Translations under genes and position numbers: made by a program
Source: Squalus acanthias
Lineage: Eukaryota
Length of the DNA stretch: 64,000 nt
Reading direction: 5' to 3'
Assembly: GCA_030390025.1 (NCBI GenBank)
Contig: CM059432.1
Span: 31,560,001 to 31,624,000 of the forward strand
In this document: positions 61,698 through 64,000 of the stretch, piece by piece
Layout: every line of letters starts with the position of its first letter
Position numbering within the stretch: position 1 is the first letter of the stretch
Notes under the pieces: model-generated
The model's database searches: none
What the model was told of the DNA's origin: nothing
What the model saw: the letters and a program-made list of their open reading frames with translations, nothing else

Positions 61698-62488
61698 CCT
61701 GGACGACATTCAGGCTTGGGCTGATAAATGGTACGCAACATTCGTGACACACAAGTGCCAGGCAATGACTATCTCCAACAAGCGAGAGTCTAACCACCGG
61801 CCCTTGACATTCAACAGCAGTACCATCACTTAATCCCCCACCATCAACATCCTGGGGGTCACCATTCACCAAAAACTTAAATGGACCAGCCACATAAGTA
61901 TTATGGCCACAAGGGGAGGTCAGAGGCTGGGTATTCTGCGGCAAGTGTCTCATCTCCTGACTCCCCAAAGCCTTTCCACCATCTACAAGGCACAAGTCAG
62001 GAGTGTGATGGAATACTCTTCTCTTGCCTGGATGAGTGCAGCTCCAACAACACTCAAGAAGCTCGACACCATCAGGACAAAGCAGCCCACTTGATTGGCA
62101 CCTCATCCACCACCTTAAACATTCACTCCCTCCACCACTGGTGCACCGTGGCTGCAGTGTGTACCATCTACAAGATGCACTGTAGCAACTCACCAAGGCT
62201 TCTTCGACAGCACCTCCCAAACCTGCGACCTCTACCACCTAGAAGGACAAGGGCAGCAGGCGCATGGGAAGTTCCCCTCTAAGTTACACACCATCCTGAC
62301 TTGGAAATATATCGTCATTCCTTCATCGTCGCTGGGTCAAAATCCTGGAACTCCCTCCCTAACAGCACTATGGGAGTACCTTCACCACACGGACTGCAGC
62401 AGTTCAAGAAGGCGGCTCACCACCACCTTCTCAAGGGCAATTAGGAATGAGCAATAAATGCTGGCCTTGCCAGCAAAGCCCACATCCC
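61698..62488 (+). mobile_element. Same LINE family, 3' fragment
   Basis: Colinear with 1381-2048 and extends further 5' (IQAWADKW-like segment). Confidence 0.85.
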
Positions 62489-62744
62489 AGGAACGAATTT
62501 TAAAAAAGACCAGCATTATGTTCAAGGCCCAAACGCTGAATTCCTATTTTGCTGTTATTTTTGTTGTTTCGTTCAAATTTTTTTATCGCAAGAATGACTT
62601 TGAATTATCAGAGGTAAACTGTAGAGTCAAACTGCCAACTGACAGATATTTTTTAAACTTCAACAGTTGTTCTTTTTTCATTCAATCATGGATTATAAAG
62701 AACCCTAAACAAGAATATTGCCATCACCATGGGCAACAAGCCTG

Positions 62745-63205
62745 TCACCAGAATGATACCGGGGCTTAGAAGGTTAAGTTATGAGGGCAGGTTGCATAAA
62801 CGTGGCTTGTATTCCCTTGAGTATAGGAGATTGAGGGGTGATCTGATCGAGGTGTTTAAAATGGTGAAAGGATTTGATAGGGTAGATATGGAGAAACTAT
62901 TTCCTCTGGTAGGGGAATCAAGAACAAGGGAACAGAATCTTAAAATTAGAGCTAGGCCATTCAGGAGCAAAATCAGGACGCACTTTTTCCACACAAAGGG
63001 TAATAGAAATCTGGAATTCTCTCCCCCTAAAGGCTGTGGATGCTGGGAAAATTTAAGTTTTTAAGACTAAGATAGATAGATTTTTGTTAAGGAAGGATAT
63101 CAAGGGATATGAAGCAAAGGTGCGATAATGGAGTTGAGGTACAGATCAGCCATGTACTAACTGAATGGCGGAGCAGGCTCAAGGGGCTATTCTTGTTCCA
63201 ATGTT
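62745..63205 (+). mobile_element. CR1 3' fragment
   Basis: [35 protein letters not shown] and the CR1 3' UTR. Confidence 0.82.
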
Positions 63206-64000
63206 CTCAAGACATACGCTGCTTGAAGCCATTCAGGCTATTTGTTTGATGGCCTGCCCTCATAATTCGTTCCACAACCCTACTATGCTTTGAGTGATAA
63301 GTCAACAGAGCCTCCAGATCTTGCACTACCAGTTTGCTGGGTGGTCCGAACCATCATTTATTTCTGATTACAGAGCATGCACTGACAACACCTTCAATCT
63401 CCAGACTTCACAGAGAAAACTCCATAAACAGATAACACCAAACGGGTTTGTTTATTTCTCGTATGTTGTGAGTGACAAAGCACTAAAGGAGTGCTTAGGT
63501 CGTCCCACGCATAGGATATAAATCACATCTCTATGCCAATCATCATATATATTGTATAAGCACATTTATTTTAAGCTGTTGGATTCAACTTTTCGTGGGG
63601 TGAGGGCTCCTTAGTTTCTCCCCTCCTCGCTTGAGAGTCCAGACTCAGAGAAATTGGTGCATGTGCGCACACACACACACACATGCATTTTTCAGCAGGG
63701 GACAACTGAAGAGCATGACAGATTTTCAGGGCGCTGAGGTCAACTGTAACATCCCAACTGCTGCCTAGGCTATTGAGTAACTCAGCACCAATGAGTTGAC
63801 CTGGGGCATACAGGTCTGCATGGCATAGTCCCACAACAGACGCTGCCTTTGTCCACTGCACCACAGTAAAAACTTATGCAAGCCCTGCATCGGCTCAGTT
63901 GGTAAATCTAAATAGTGAGTGCCTGAGCCATACGGACCAAGAAGGTCCCAAGTCCAAGCTCTAATCAGTGTTAATTGATCTCAGTTAGGCAGTGGTAGGG

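Overview
Repeat-rich vertebrate DNA. The LINE/SINE/MITE repertoire points to a cartilaginous fish (shark); this is inference. The only host gene found is a minus-strand MAP3K3/MEKK3-like kinase gene. Ten coding exons (57133 down to 1058) splice in frame into about 276 aa: N-terminal helix, PB1 domain, SSPPPG and GGTYP motifs. The kinase exons lie beyond the left edge, one intron is GC-AG, and the protein looks too divergent to be the true MAP3K3 orthologue. The introns hold CR1, L2 and Crack-like LINE fragments, Deu-domain SINEs, PIF/Harbinger-derived elements (two with Myb/SANT remnants), a Tigger-like MITE and two large simple repeats. The most striking feature is three independent insertions (17849-18785, 26519-26822, 58304-58462) of a Penelope-like retroelement family. 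Each has a 12-14 bp target-site duplication, an inverted 5' arm with an extra tail, and a minimal type I hammerhead ribozyme whose stem II changes sequence between copies but stays paired. The largest copy is a 447-bp-arm DNA palindrome that folds back at the end of the element's ORF.
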